DNA of 64,000 bases from Candidatus Altimarinota bacterium (GCA_031407385.1 JANOIH010000014.1:1555-65554); one strand, 5' to 3'; shown: positions 12,499 to 22,902, counted from the stretch's first letter. Translations and numbers: made by a program. Notes: generated by a model not told the origin, from the sequence alone.

Positions 12499-13644
12499 AT
12501 GCAAAAACTCCTCCTCCATATCCTCCTTGCTGTCTTTACTGCTTTTGTGATATTTTTTGGCTACTCGGCCTATCAGTACTATGTGGCGCTCCACAGCGAT
12601 GATCCAGTGGTACCGTATGTCCTGGTCGAGAAGTGAGCCGCGACGGTCGTGCGTGGGGAACTCGCTATAGATATGACGGCGGGTGAACAGTATGATCTCT
12701 CGGTCGAGGATACGATCATCACGGGGCGGGATACTCTCGCGATCGTGACATGGCCAGACCGATCACAGACGCGTCTGGGGGCGAGTTCTCGCATGCGTAT
12801 CGATCGCATGACGGTAGCAGTGGACTACACATCGATAGAGATCGAGTTCGCACTCGAAGAGGGTCAGGCATGGTCGACCGTCGTACGTACTATCTACCCA
12901 GGTTCGTACTTCCGCACACGTATCCCTGGACAGGGTGTCATCGCCTGAGTGCGTGGGACAGTCTATGATATCGACCTCGTGCGTGGATATATCCGATCGA
13001 TCGATCATAGCGTCGCGCTCACTGACTCACTCGGACATGCTGCGAGCCTCCTCCCTGGAGAACTCGTATCGGTGAAGAACATATTGCAACGGATGACGGC
13101 CAGTATCGTCGACTCTAGTTGGACACTCGTGAACACCGCCCAGGATAAGATATTCCTCGATGCACGGGCAGAGATACTACGCACTCAGGTAGACATGCTC
13201 TCAGGCCAGACGAGTGGTGTGTGGGATCGATTCGTACGTTTTCTATTATCCTTCATCCCGAGCTTCTCTGATCTCGCCGTTCTCGAGTGACTCCTCTCAG
13301 ACGTACCAGGATTCGAACACGTAAAAATCCCCAAAGAACAACTCCTCGGACTCTATCAGAAACTGCAGGATACAATATTTGTACAAGAAAGAGACAAGAT
13401 CCGTACATATATAGAGAGTCAAAAATCCACCCTCGAACTCACTCCCGAGTACCTCCAGACCTTCACCCGCAGTGCTATATGGGATCAGATGGCATCGTCA
13501 GGTATCACTCTCGAGTGAGCACAGAGCATGGTGCGCTGATACGTACAGGGTCTCGATACACAGATGCGAGGAGTCATGCAGGTCGTGCCAGTAGGGGATC
13601 TGGGTACCAAGGCTCGGGAGACACTCAGACAATTGGTAAAATAA
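12499..13644 (+). CDS. FecR-domain membrane-anchored protein
   Basis: Fragments 12427-, 12649- and 12949- are in one frame joined by TGA. The FecR-like motif IAGVRGTVYDIDL has its first Gly encoded by TGA. Frame followed to TAA at 13642-13644. Confidence 0.7.
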
Positions 13645-13653
13645 AAAAAAGTT

Positions 13654-13681
13654 TTGACATTTGGTCCACCTCCCATATAAT
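13654..13681 (+). promoter_or_regulatory. sigma70-type promoter of the ribosomal-protein cluster
   Basis: TTGACA (13654-13659), 16-nt spacer, TATAAT (13676-13681), followed by a CCGCGGGC GC-rich discriminator. Confidence 0.6.
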
Positions 13682-13894
13682 CCGCGGGCTTTTCAAATTC
13701 GGTTGAGATACTCTCTCCTCCTGAAAGTGATGTTGGACCCAAGTATATCGGCTTCTCGCAGACATACACCAACCTCTCATTATTTATATACACACAATTC
13801 AGACGTTCACAATATAACAGTTAAAAGTTTTTGAAACCTTCAAAATCCTTAACTCGCAATATTTTTACTGCAAGACTTGGTAACTCTCATACAT

Positions 13895-14449
13895 ATGGCA
13901 GGAATAATCGGAAAAAAACTCGAAATGACTCGCATCATCCATAATGGTGCCTTCACTCCTGTTACCCTTATCAAGGTTCCAACTCTGGATGTCGTCCAGG
14001 TAAAGACCAACGAAATCGATGGATACGAAGCTGTCGTTATCCGTATGACTGACGGGAAGAAGATCACTCTTCGTGAAGTTGGTCGTGATGGTATCTTCGC
14101 ATCTCTGGAGAAGGGACAGGAAGTATCTCTCGATCTCCTCGAAGGTATCCTCGAAGTCACTGTCTCATCTATATCGAAGGGTAAGGGTTTCCAGGGTGCT
14201 ATGAAGCGTTGGAACTTCTCAGGAGGTCCTGCGTCTCACGGTTCCAAGTTCCACCGAGCACTCGGTTCTATCGGTAAGCGCAAGCCTCGCCGAACCAAGC
14301 CAGGTCAGAAGATGCACGGACATATGGGTCTCGATACGATCACTCTGAAGCATGTTCCTCTCGTTCTCGTGAACAAGGATCTCCGAGTTATCGCCGTCAA
14401 GGGTCCTGTCGCTGGTGCTCGCAACTCACTCGTAACACTTTCTTTCTAG
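13895..14449 (+). CDS. rplC: 50S ribosomal protein L3
   Basis: MAGIIGKKLEMTRI... and GKGFQGAMKRWNFSGGPASHGS. Confidence 0.95.
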   Translation: MAGIIGKKLEMTRIIHNGAFTPVTLIKVPTLDVVQVKTNEIDGYEAVVIRMTDGKKITLREVGRDGIFASLEKGQEVSLDLLEGILEVTVSSISKGKGFQGAMKRWNFSGGPASHGSKFHRALGSIGKRKPRRTKPGQKMHGHMGLDTITLKHVPLVLVNKDLRVIAVKGPVAGARNSLVTLSF

Positions 14450-14498
14450 TTCTCGGAGCTCCTCCAACAACTACAAACTAAATTCTAAAAACTATTCT

Positions 14499-15122
14499 AT
14501 GAAAGCTCCTCTTTTCGACATCAAGGGAAAACAAAAAGGTACAGTAGACCTCGAAGCAACACACTTCGGAGTCACTCCGAACGCAGGCCTCATCCACAAG
14601 CTCCTCATCCTCCAACAGGCGAACGGACGTATCGCTATCGCTCACGCGAAGCATCGTGGTGAAGTCGCTGGTTCGACTCGCAAGATGTTCAAACAAAAGG
14701 GAACTGGTAACGCTCGTATGGGTGATCGTCGGTCTCCTATGCGTCGTGGTGGTGGTGCCGTATTCGGACCTCGCAGCGAGCAGAACTGGTCAGTCGCTAT
14801 GAACAAGCAGGAGCGTCGTCTCGCCCTCTACTCACTTCTCTCGACGAAGGCTACATCTGCATCTATCAAGATCGTAGAGACATTCGCTGGAGTTGGAGAA
14901 AAGACAAAGACAATGGCAGGATATATCAAGACTATCGAAGCTCGAAAACCTCTCTTTGCTATCCTCGCTACTGAGAAGAACACTCTCCTCGGAGCGAACA
15001 ATATCCCAGAGTCTCGTATAGTGAATGTCGAATACCTCAATCCACACGATCTCCTCAAGTACTCAGATATCGTCTTTACAGAAGCGTCACTCGCTCACCT
15101 CTACGAACACTTCTCAAAATAG
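14499..15122 (+). CDS. rplD: 50S ribosomal protein L4
   Basis: GTGNARMGDRRSPMRRGGGAVFGP, and position after rplC. Confidence 0.95.
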   Translation: MKAPLFDIKGKQKGTVDLEATHFGVTPNAGLIHKLLILQQANGRIAIAHAKHRGEVAGSTRKMFKQKGTGNARMGDRRSPMRRGGGAVFGPRSEQNWSVAMNKQERRLALYSLLSTKATSASIKIVETFAGVGEKTKTMAGYIKTIEARKPLFAILATEKNTLLGANNIPESRIVNVEYLNPHDLLKYSDIVFTEASLAHLYEHFSK

Positions 15123-15197
15123 TTTCCCAGTTTCCCAGCAGTTGAGAATATCTCTCTCCTGTCAAACTGTAATACTGTAAAAATTAATCACTCTCCT

Positions 15198-15491
15198 ATG
15201 AATTCTCTCTATAATGTCATCAAAAAGTTCGTCGTTACGAATAAGTCTACTGACGGTGAAGTCCGTGGTGTCTACACATGTATGGTAGATATGGCAGCAA
15301 CCAAGATCGATATCAAAAATGCCATGAAGTCACTCTATGTAGTCGAAGTTGCTAAAGTAAATATCCTCCACACTCGTCCAAAATTCCGTAATTCTAAAAA
15401 GGGAATCGCTCGTCGCCAAGGTATCGAAAAGAAGGCAATGATCACTCTTAAGAACGGAGCAAAGATCGTAAACTTTGAAGCAGTAAAGTAG
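15198..15491 (+). CDS. rplW: 50S ribosomal protein L23
   Basis: 97 aa, in the conserved position between L4 and L2, with an L23-like sequence. Confidence 0.9.
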   Translation: MNSLYNVIKKFVVTNKSTDGEVRGVYTCMVDMAATKIDIKNAMKSLYVVEVAKVNILHTRPKFRNSKKGIARRQGIEKKAMITLKNGAKIVNFEAVK

Positions 15492-15548
15492 TCGATTGGT
15501 TCTCACCATCACTCATTTGCTCATCACTATCCTACTAATCACTCGCAT

Positions 15549-16391
15549 ATGCCAATCCGAAAGTATAAACCTACTACCCCATCTCGTCGATTCATGACAG
15601 GCCTCACATACGAGGAGCTCACGACAGATACACCATACAAGCCACTCACGGCATCGATCCAGCGTCATGCAGGTCGTAATAGTGCTGGTCGTATCTCTGT
15701 TCGCCACCAGGGTTCAGGACACAAGAAGCTCTATCGTCAGATCGACTTCAAGCTCAACAAGATAGGTATCCCAGGACGTATCGAGACAGTCGAGTACGAT
15801 CCATACCGAACTTCTTTTATCGCTCTTGTCTGCTACCGTGATGGAGAACGTCGTTATGTCCTCGCTCACATGGAGACGAAGGTTGGAGATGATATCATCA
15901 CTTCGAACGAAGCAAAGCCAACTCCAGGAAACCGTATGGAGATCGGTATGATCCCAACAGGACTCCAGGTACACAACGTCGAGATGATCGTCGGTCAGGG
16001 TGCTACTACGATCCGTGCTGCAGGTACGAGTGCTCAGGTTCTCTCTCAAGAAGGAGAATACACACAACTCAAGATGACAAGTGGAGAGATCCGCCTCGTC
16101 CACAAGAAGTGTTCTGCTACGATCGGAGTGGTTTCTAACCAAGACTGGAATCAGGTTACTATCGGTAAGGCAGGTCGTTCTCGTTGGATGGGTAAGCGCC
16201 CTACGGTTCTCGGTTCATCTATGAATCCAGTGGACCATCCACACGGAGGAGGTGAAGGACATCAGTCAGTCGGACAACGCAAGGGACCAAAGACTCCATG
16301 GGGTCGTCTCGCTCGCGGTGTCAAGACTCGTTCTCGCAAGAGTACAGATCGTTGGATTCTTCGTACTCGTTCAGGAAAGCTTCAGGGCTAG
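15549..16391 (+). CDS. rplB: 50S ribosomal protein L2
   Basis: MPIRKYKPTTPSRR... and MNPVDHPHGGGEG. Confidence 0.97.
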   Translation: MPIRKYKPTTPSRRFMTGLTYEELTTDTPYKPLTASIQRHAGRNSAGRISVRHQGSGHKKLYRQIDFKLNKIGIPGRIETVEYDPYRTSFIALVCYRDGERRYVLAHMETKVGDDIITSNEAKPTPGNRMEIGMIPTGLQVHNVEMIVGQGATTIRAAGTSAQVLSQEGEYTQLKMTSGEIRLVHKKCSATIGVVSNQDWNQVTIGKAGRSRWMGKRPTVLGSSMNPVDHPHGGGEGHQSVGQRKGPKTPWGRLARGVKTRSRKSTDRWILRTRSGKLQG

Positions 16392-16462
16392 TCGTCTCGA
16401 TATCTTGATTCTTCTAGAACTCGGTATCTCCCCATTCAAAACTAAATTCTAATTTCTCTCCT

Positions 16463-16726
16463 ATGACTCGTAGTCTTAAAAAATGACCTTACATTGATAT
16501 TCGCGTATCGAAGAAAGTCGATGCACTCAATGCTTCTGGAAAAAAGACAATTATCAAGACATGGTCACGTGCCTGTACTATTGCTCCAGATTTCGTTGGA
16601 CACACATTCGGTGTACACAACGGAAAGTCTCATATCCCAGTATTCGTTACTGAAGATATGGTTGGACACAAACTTGGAGAGTTTTCATTTACTCGCATCT
16701 TCCGTGCTCATTCTGGTAACAAATAG
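16463..16726 (+). CDS. rpsS: 30S ribosomal protein S19
   Basis: MTRSLKK-G-PYID, with the conserved Gly encoded by TGA at 16484-16486. Also [10 protein letters not shown]. The standard-code track misses this gene. Confidence 0.95.
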
Positions 16727-16804
16727 TTCAAAGTTTAAAGTGAAAAGTTTACACCCAAACAACTCATTTTTATACTTGATACCTTATACTTTACACTTCA
16801 ATCT

Positions 16805-17128
16805 ATGAAAGCTTCTGTTCGCAATATTCGCATCTCTCCAAAGAAACTCAATGTTATCGCATATATCGTGCGTGATATGAATGCAAAACAAGCACTCGAC
16901 ACACTTCGATTCATGCCGAAGAAGGGAGCAACTATCATCTATGATGTTCTCAAAAGTGCTGTTGCCAACGCAGAGCACAATGATTCTCAAGATCTCGCAA
17001 CTCTCAAGATTGCATCGATCTTCGTGACTCAAGGACTCGTGATGAAGCGTATCAACCCGATCTCTCGTGGACGTGCTCATCGTATCCTCAAGAGAACTTC
17101 TCATGTCGATCTCACCCTCTCTGCATAA
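16805..17128 (+). CDS. rplV: 50S ribosomal protein L22
   Basis: RISPKKLNVIAYIVRDMNAKQALDTLRFMPKK. Confidence 0.95.
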   Translation: MKASVRNIRISPKKLNVIAYIVRDMNAKQALDTLRFMPKKGATIIYDVLKSAVANAEHNDSQDLATLKIASIFVTQGLVMKRINPISRGRAHRILKRTSHVDLTLSA

Positions 17129-17159
17129 TATCTCTTCTCACCCTTAATTTCAATCACCT

Positions 17160-17798
17160 ATGTGACACAAAGTTAGTCCTCTCGCATTCCGTATCGGTTA
17201 CATCAAGACTTGGCGTTCAAATGGTTACTATGACAAGAAGTCATATGCTGAGAACGTAGCTGCTGATGTAGCAGTTCGAACCATGATCACGAAGCATTTT
17301 AAGAATCTTCCTGTAGGAAATGTGTTCATTGCCCATTCAGGGAATAGTACTCTCACTATAAGCGTCTATACGTCTCGTACAGCACTTATCCTCGGAAACA
17401 ACGATGAAAACATCGATGCACTCAAGGCAAAGCTTACTCTTGCCTTCCCTCAGTACAACTTCACTCTCGAAGTCAAAGAAATCAAAAAACCAGAGCTCTC
17501 CGCTCAGATCGTCGCTGATTCTATTGCTCGTCAGATGGAGAAGAAGATGCCATACCGCCGAGTTATCAAGAATGCTATGGCAAAGACTATGGAAAAGGGT
17601 GGTCTCGGAATCAAAGTCAAGCTTGGTGGTCGTCTCAACGGTGCGGAGATCGCTCGTCGTGAGACCTTCAAGGAAGGAAGTATCCCAACTCAGACAATCC
17701 GTGCAGATGTCGAACTCGCTTACGAGCGAGCAGAGACTCCATCTGGTACAATCGGACTCAAAGTCTGGATCTACAAGGGTGATGTCTTCAAGAAATAA
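17160..17798 (+). CDS. rpsC: 30S ribosomal protein S3
   Basis: Starts M-G-HKVSPLAFRIGY with codon 2 = TGA (17163-17165). In frame with ORF 17283-17798. Confidence 0.95.
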
Positions 17799-17860
17799 AA
17801 CACTCAAAAAACTTCAACTTGCATTTTTAAAATTTTCTTTATAATCTTAACGATTTTCCC

Positions 17861-18277
17861 ATGTTACAACCGAGCCGAACCAAATATCGAAAAGCACACC
17901 GTGGTGTCATCAAGGGTCTCGCAATGCGAGGATCTGATGTCAGCTTCGGAGACTACGCTCTCAAAGTGACTGAGTCTGGGTATATCACTTCTCGTCAGAT
18001 CGAGAGTGCGCGTAAGGCCATCGTTCGCTACCTCAAGAAGGGTGGACAACTGTGGATCCGTATCTTCCCAGACAAACCATATACAACTCATGCGGCAGAA
18101 GCTCCGATGGGAGGTGGTAAGGGTAGCGTAGAGATGTATCGTGCTCCTGTAAAACCTGGTCGTATCATCTTCGAAATCGGAGATATCGCCCCAGAAGTTG
18201 CAAGAGAGGCCTTTGCACGTGCTGCATACAAGCTCCCACTCAAGACGAAGATCCTTCTCTCAAAGAACGATCTCTAG
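17861..18277 (+). CDS. rplP: 50S ribosomal protein L16
   Basis: MLQPSRTKYRKAHRG... Confidence 0.96.
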   Translation: MLQPSRTKYRKAHRGVIKGLAMRGSDVSFGDYALKVTESGYITSRQIESARKAIVRYLKKGGQLWIRIFPDKPYTTHAAEAPMGGGKGSVEMYRAPVKPGRIIFEIGDIAPEVAREAFARAAYKLPLKTKILLSKNDL

Positions 18278-18361
18278 TCAAAATAACAATGAACAATGAA
18301 TAGCTAACGATATATTTCGTACACTACTTACTACTCACTACTCACTATTTACTATACTCCT

Positions 18362-18592
18362 ATGGCACCAAAGAAAAAAGCAACCGCTCAGGTTACTGGC
18401 GACACGAAGTCTCTCGCAGACCTCAAGACACTCTCAAAGTCTGAACTCCAGACAGAGCTCAACACTGCTCGTCGTGATCTCTATATCCTCACGATGAAAA
18501 AGGAACTCGGAGAACTCAAGCAGTCTCACGTTATGAAGCAGGCACGCAAGTATATCGCTCAGATTTCTACGTTCCTCACCTCAGCAGTGTAA
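18362..18592 (+). CDS. rpmC: 50S ribosomal protein L29
   Basis: 76 aa, in the conserved position, with an L29-like helical sequence. Confidence 0.88.
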   Translation: MAPKKKATAQVTGDTKSLADLKTLSKSELQTELNTARRDLYILTMKKELGELKQSHVMKQARKYIAQISTFLTSAV

Positions 18593-18631
18593 TTCCTTTT
18601 CTTCTCTTCCTCAAATTCTAACATTTCCCCT

Positions 18632-18877
18632 ATGCGTACAAAAACAGGCCTCGTCACGAGCACAAAGATGCAAAAAACTATCGTTGTGACTGTCGAAACA
18701 TACAAGACTCACCCGAAATATAAGAAGCGTTATAAGTCTACTGCGAAGTTCTACGCGCACGATGAAAACGGTCTTGCAAAGCTCGGAGATACTGTCACTG
18801 TATCTGAGACTCGCCCACTTTCAGCGCTCAAGCGTTGGATGCTTATAGAAGATTCTATCGTATCTTCTCAGGCGTAG
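18632..18877 (+). CDS. rpsQ: 30S ribosomal protein S17
   Basis: [28 protein letters not shown]. Confidence 0.94.
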   Translation: MRTKTGLVTSTKMQKTIVVTVETYKTHPKYKKRYKSTAKFYAHDENGLAKLGDTVTVSETRPLSALKRWMLIEDSIVSSQA

Positions 18878-18941
18878 TTGCACAAGGATGGTTCGCGAGA
18901 ACCTTCTCCCCCTCCAATATTCACTATTCACTCTCTTTTAT

Positions 18942-19310
18942 ATGATTCAGACAGAAACAAGACTCGCCATCGTCGATAACACAGGAGCCAAAGAAGCCCT
19001 CTGTATCAAGGTTCTCGGTGGTTCAAAGCGTCGTTACGCGAGTGTCGGTGATATCATCGTCATCTCAGTAAAGAAGGCTCTTCCAAACGGAAACATCAAG
19101 AAAAAATCAGTATGTAAAGCCGTCGTCGTCCGCGTTGCAAAAGAAGTTCGTCGTGAAGACGGAAGCTACGTCCGATCTGATGACAACGCATGTGTGATCA
19201 TCGATGATAAGAAGGAACCGAAGGGAACTCGTATCTTTGGACCTGTATTCCGTGAGCTCAAGGCTCGAGGATTCCAGAAGATCATCTCTCTCGCTCCAGA
19301 AGTTGTATAA
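18942..19310 (+). CDS. rplN: 50S ribosomal protein L14
   Basis: [27 protein letters not shown]. Internal ATG of track ORF 18888-19310 chosen by homology. Confidence 0.95.
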   Translation: MIQTETRLAIVDNTGAKEALCIKVLGGSKRRYASVGDIIVISVKKALPNGNIKKKSVCKAVVVRVAKEVRREDGSYVRSDDNACVIIDDKKEPKGTRIFGPVFRELKARGFQKIISLAPEVV

Positions 19311-19320
19311 TTATGTATGA

Positions 19321-19400
19321 ACTTAGAACTTAGAATTTCGGACTTAGATATACAAGTCCAGATCCAAGACTCTAAGCTCTAAGCTCTAAAATCTAAAATC
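19321..19400 (+). repeat. intercistronic short tandem words and inverted repeat (L14-L24 spacer)
   Basis: ACTTAGA occurs 3 times, CTCTAAG twice and AAATCTA twice. ACTTAGA is the reverse complement of TCTAAGT, so the two halves can pair. Inner hairpin GGACTT..AAGTCC. Confidence 0.6.
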
Positions 19401-19408
19401 TATCTACT

Positions 19409-19711
19409 ATGAAAATCCACTCAAACGACGAAGTTATCGTCATCGCCGGAAAGGACAAGGGAAAGAAGGGAAAAGTCGTCAAGGCAAACCCAGCTTCTGG
19501 AACTGTTCTTATCGAAGGTGTCAACCTCATCACTCGTCATATCAAGCGTCAAGGAACAACTCCAGGACAGAAGGTGACCTATGAGAAGCCAATCGATGCA
19601 TCGAACGTTATGCTCATCGATCCGAAGACCGGAGAACCAACTCGTATCGGGTACAAGCTCGAAGGTGGTAAAAAATTCCGCGTTGCGAAGAAGTCAGGAA
19701 CCGTTTTATAA
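19409..19711 (+). CDS. rplX: 50S ribosomal protein L24
   Basis: KIHSNDEVIVIAGKDKGKKGKV (KOW motif). Confidence 0.94.
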   Translation: MKIHSNDEVIVIAGKDKGKKGKVVKANPASGTVLIEGVNLITRHIKRQGTTPGQKVTYEKPIDASNVMLIDPKTGEPTRIGYKLEGGKKFRVAKKSGTVL

Positions 19712-19780
19712 TCCGATTACACTAACACTCCTCGTGCACAACGTGTGTCCAGAGTGCCAAATAATCTTACCCCTCCTTTT

Positions 19781-20320
19781 ATGTCATTCAAAGATAACTA
19801 TAAGAAAAATATCCTCCCTGCTCTTGCCAAAGAACTCGGAATCGATAACCCGATGAACGTTCCTCATATCGAGAAGATCGTTCTCAACATGGGTATCGGT
19901 ACCTACGTAGCATCTGGAAACAAGGACTTCTCATCTCTCAAGAGCGATCTCGCTCTCATCGGTGGACAGCTTCCTCGTATCAACCATGCTCGTAAGGCGA
20001 TCTCCAACTTCAAGCTCCGTGAAGGTATGCCAGTTGGTATGATGGTGACACTTCGTGGAGAGCGCATGTATGCCTTCCTCGAGAAGCTCATCGCTGTCGT
20101 TCTTCCTCGTGTTCGTGACTTCCGTGGTATCTCATCTCGATCGTTCGATCAAGAAGGGAACTTCCACTTCGGTGTCAAGGAACATACGATCTTCCCAGAG
20201 GTTCCTCAGCTCGACGTCGTCAAGCCACACGGAATGCAGATCACCATGAAGTTCCGTACAGAAGGAAAAGACCACTCAAAGGCACTTCTGGATAAGCTCG
20301 GATTCCCATTCGTCAAATAA
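19781..20320 (+). CDS. rplE: 50S ribosomal protein L5
   Basis: Contains RGERMYAFLEKLI and DFRG. Start chosen at MSFKDNYKK. Confidence 0.95.
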   Translation: MSFKDNYKKNILPALAKELGIDNPMNVPHIEKIVLNMGIGTYVASGNKDFSSLKSDLALIGGQLPRINHARKAISNFKLREGMPVGMMVTLRGERMYAFLEKLIAVVLPRVRDFRGISSRSFDQEGNFHFGVKEHTIFPEVPQLDVVKPHGMQITMKFRTEGKDHSKALLDKLGFPFVK

Positions 20321-20353
20321 AACCCTCCTCCCAAACTTTTAACTCTCTCTCAT

Positions 20354-20578
20354 ATGGCTCGTACCGCAATCGTACACAAGTGTCGCACCGCTCTCGAGAA
20401 GGCAGAACGTGCTCACGCTCTTGGCAAAAAACCAAAACACTCTACTCGTCTCTATCACCGTTGTTCTCACTGTGGACGCGCGAACGGATATATCGGAAAA
20501 TTCGATCTCTGCCGTATCTGTATCCGCGAAAAGGCGAATGCTGGAGAACTCATGGGAGTTCGCAAATCAAGCTGGTAA
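20354..20578 (+). CDS. rpsN: 30S ribosomal protein S14 (zinc-ribbon type)
   Basis: 74 aa with CSHCGR...CRIC Cys pairs and C-terminal GVRKSSW. Confidence 0.92.
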   Translation: MARTAIVHKCRTALEKAERAHALGKKPKHSTRLYHRCSHCGRANGYIGKFDLCRICIREKANAGELMGVRKSSW

Positions 20579-20680
20579 TATTACAGAATCCAGGAATTAG
20601 AATCCAGAAGCAAGTTTTCTCTAAAATACTACTCCTGATTCATTCTCCATTCTCAATTCTAAATTCTAAAATCTAAAATT

Positions 20681-21067
20681 ATGACTCACGATCCAATAGC
20701 AGATCTCCTGACTCGTATCCGTAACGGATATCTTGCTCGTCTGCACGAAGTTGCTGTTCCATACTCAAAACTCAAGGCTGAAATTCTCCGTATTCTCAAG
20801 AAGAATGGATATATTGTTGACTTTGTAGAGTCAGAGGACAAGCGTTCATTTGTTGTATCACTTCAGGATGTTCGCACGACAAAATATATCCCATCTTTCC
20901 GTCGTATTAGCCGACCTGGACAGCGTATCTACATCAAGAATACTGATGTCAAAAAATCACGAAATGGAGTTGGTATTTTTATCCTCTCAACTCCGAAGGG
21001 AGTCGTTACAGGATACGAAGCTCACGCACTTGGTGTTGGTGGTGAACTTCTCTGTGAAGTCTACTAA
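20681..21067 (+). CDS. rpsH: 30S ribosomal protein S8
   Basis: MTHDPIADLLTRIRNG... Confidence 0.96.
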   Translation: MTHDPIADLLTRIRNGYLARLHEVAVPYSKLKAEILRILKKNGYIVDFVESEDKRSFVVSLQDVRTTKYIPSFRRISRPGQRIYIKNTDVKKSRNGVGIFILSTPKGVVTGYEAHALGVGGELLCEVY

Positions 21068-21166
21068 AAAATAGTATCTAGAGGATATGGGATAGAGGAT
21101 GGTGATGCTACACCCTTTCTCACACTTCCACTCACTCTACAATCTACTCTCTAAAATCTCAATTTT

Positions 21167-21715
21167 ATGTCTCGAATCGGAAAACAACTTATTACTATAC
21201 CAGCTGGAGTGACAGTAACCATTGCGGATATTGTGACTATCAAGGGCCCAAAGGGTACCCTGACTTTTAACATCCTCACTGGAGTGAAGGTCGTGGAGGC
21301 AGAAGGAAAGATCCAAGTCTCTATCGAAAACCAAGAAGACAAGCAACAGCGCGCCTTCTGGGGACTCACTCGTGCGATGCTCCAGAATATGGTAATCGGT
21401 GTATCAGATGGGTACTCAAAGTCACTCGAGATCATTGGTGTGGGTTACAAGTTCGATATCAAGAATCCTACCAAGATCGAGCTCTCTATCGGTTTCTCTC
21501 ATAAGGTACTCGTCGATGCTCCAGCTGGAGTTACTGTCGAGGCTGATCCAACAGAGAAGAATCGCATCATCATCAAGTCTCACGACAAGCAGCTCCTCGG
21601 ATACTTCGCAGCATATATCCGTTCACTCAAGAAGCCTGAACCATACAAGGGGAAGGGTATCCGTTACGTCGGTGAACATGTTCGTCGCAAGGCTGGTAAG
21701 ACCGCAGGAAAATAA
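21167..21715 (+). CDS. rplF: 50S ribosomal protein L6
   Basis: MSRIGKQLITIPAGVTV... and PEPYKGKGIRY. Confidence 0.96.
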   Translation: MSRIGKQLITIPAGVTVTIADIVTIKGPKGTLTFNILTGVKVVEAEGKIQVSIENQEDKQQRAFWGLTRAMLQNMVIGVSDGYSKSLEIIGVGYKFDIKNPTKIELSIGFSHKVLVDAPAGVTVEADPTEKNRIIIKSHDKQLLGYFAAYIRSLKKPEPYKGKGIRYVGEHVRRKAGKTAGK

Positions 21716-21718
21716 TTG

Positions 21719-21780
21719 TAAATGGTAAATGGTAAAATCAGAATCCATTTCCCAAATTCACAATTCACAATTCACAATTT
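21719..21780 (+). repeat. intercistronic tandem words (L6-L18 spacer)
   Basis: GTAAATG occurs twice, then CACAATT 3 times, directly upstream of rplR. Confidence 0.55.
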
Positions 21781-21793
21781 ATAATTCTCTTCT

Positions 21794-22135
21794 ATGTTAA
21801 AAAAACTCCAAAATCGTATTCGTCGCGCCAATCGCGTACGAGCTCGTATCACTGGTACTGCCGAGAAACCACGACTCTCAGTGTTTCGAAGTAATACTTC
21901 TATCACGGTACAGGCTATCGATGATATCTCAGGTGTGACTCTCTGCGCTGCTCACGATATGGCACTTACTACAGGTACCAAGTCAGAGCGTGCCGCTCTC
22001 GTAGGAAAGGCAATCGCCGAATCTATGGTCGCCAAGGGTATCAAGACTTGTGTCTTTGATCGCGGAGGATATCTCTATCATGGTCGTGTTAAGGCTCTTG
22101 CTGAAGCAGCACGCGAAGGTGGACTTGCATTTTAA
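21794..22135 (+). CDS. rplR: 50S ribosomal protein L18
   Basis: [25 protein letters not shown]... and [23 protein letters not shown]. Confidence 0.96.
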   Translation: MLKKLQNRIRRANRVRARITGTAEKPRLSVFRSNTSITVQAIDDISGVTLCAAHDMALTTGTKSERAALVGKAIAESMVAKGIKTCVFDRGGYLYHGRVKALAEAAREGGLAF

Positions 22136-22158
22136 TTTTTCTTTTACTTATAGTTCTT

Positions 22159-22902
22159 ATGTCAGATACTCCAGTTACTCTCGAAACAGAAAATCTCGAA
22201 GCTCAAACTCCATCTCCAGAGGTTACTCCTACAGAAGAAGTTGCAGCAGCAGCTCCAGAGGCAACTGCCAAAGAAGCTCCTCGTGCTCGTGATGATCGCA
22301 AGGGAGGTGATAGAAAACCACGTCCTCGCAACAATATGCGAGAAGAAGACAAGGAATTCCGCGAAGAGATGATCTCTATCGATCGTGTAACTCGTGTGAC
22401 TGCAGGTGGACGCCAGCTCCGCTTCCGTGCCTCTCTCGTCATCGGTGATGGTAAGGGTCGTGTTGGACTCGGTATCGGTAAGTCAGGAGAAGTACAAGGT
22501 GCTATCGAGAAGGCTCTCCGTGATGCGAAGAAGAATATCATCACTTTCCCTATCGTGAACGGTACTATCCCACACGATCTCGCTATGAACTTCAAGGCAA
22601 GCTCACTCTTCCTCCACCCGGCTCATCCAGGTACTGGTATCATCGCCGGAGGCTCAGTTCGTAAGCTACTCTCAGTATCAGGAATCGTCGATATCATCGC
22701 GAAGCAACATGGCTCATCGAACGGTATCACCAACGTCCGCGTTGCGATCAAGGCACTCGCTGCCCTCAAGCCGATGGATCAGGTTCGCTCATTCACGAAG
22801 TCGACTAAGGCTCCAACTGAGAAGACTGAAAAGGCCCCAAAGACAGAAGAGGCCGTAAAGACTCCAGCAAAGAAGGCTCCAGCAAAAAAGAAGGCAGAAT
22901 AA
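22159..22902 (+). CDS. rpsE: 30S ribosomal protein S5 with N- and C-terminal extensions
   Basis: Core VTRVTAGGRQLRFRASLVIGDGKGRVGLGIGK. About 70 aa of acidic/Pro-rich N-terminal extension and a Lys/Ala/Pro-rich tail. Confidence 0.93.
   Translation: MSDTPVTLETENLEAQTPSPEVTPTEEVAAAAPEATAKEAPRARDDRKGGDRKPRPRNNMREEDKEFREEMISIDRVTRVTAGGRQLRFRASLVIGDGKGRVGLGIGKSGEVQGAIEKALRDAKKNIITFPIVNGTIPHDLAMNFKASSLFLHPAHPGTGIIAGGSVRKLLSVSGIVDIIAKQHGSSNGITNVRVAIKALAALKPMDQVRSFTKSTKAPTEKTEKAPKTEEAVKTPAKKAPAKKKAE

Noticed and set aside
13287-13706. A 139-aa ORF overlapping the 3' part of the FecR-domain gene.
   Set aside because: It is in a different frame from the continuous FecR-domain reading frame, and its Arg/Thr-rich sequence has no motifs.
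13645-13894. A search for a hidden rpsJ (S10) upstream of rplC.
   Set aside because: There is no ORF of adequate length in any frame. The region holds the promoter and an untranslated leader.
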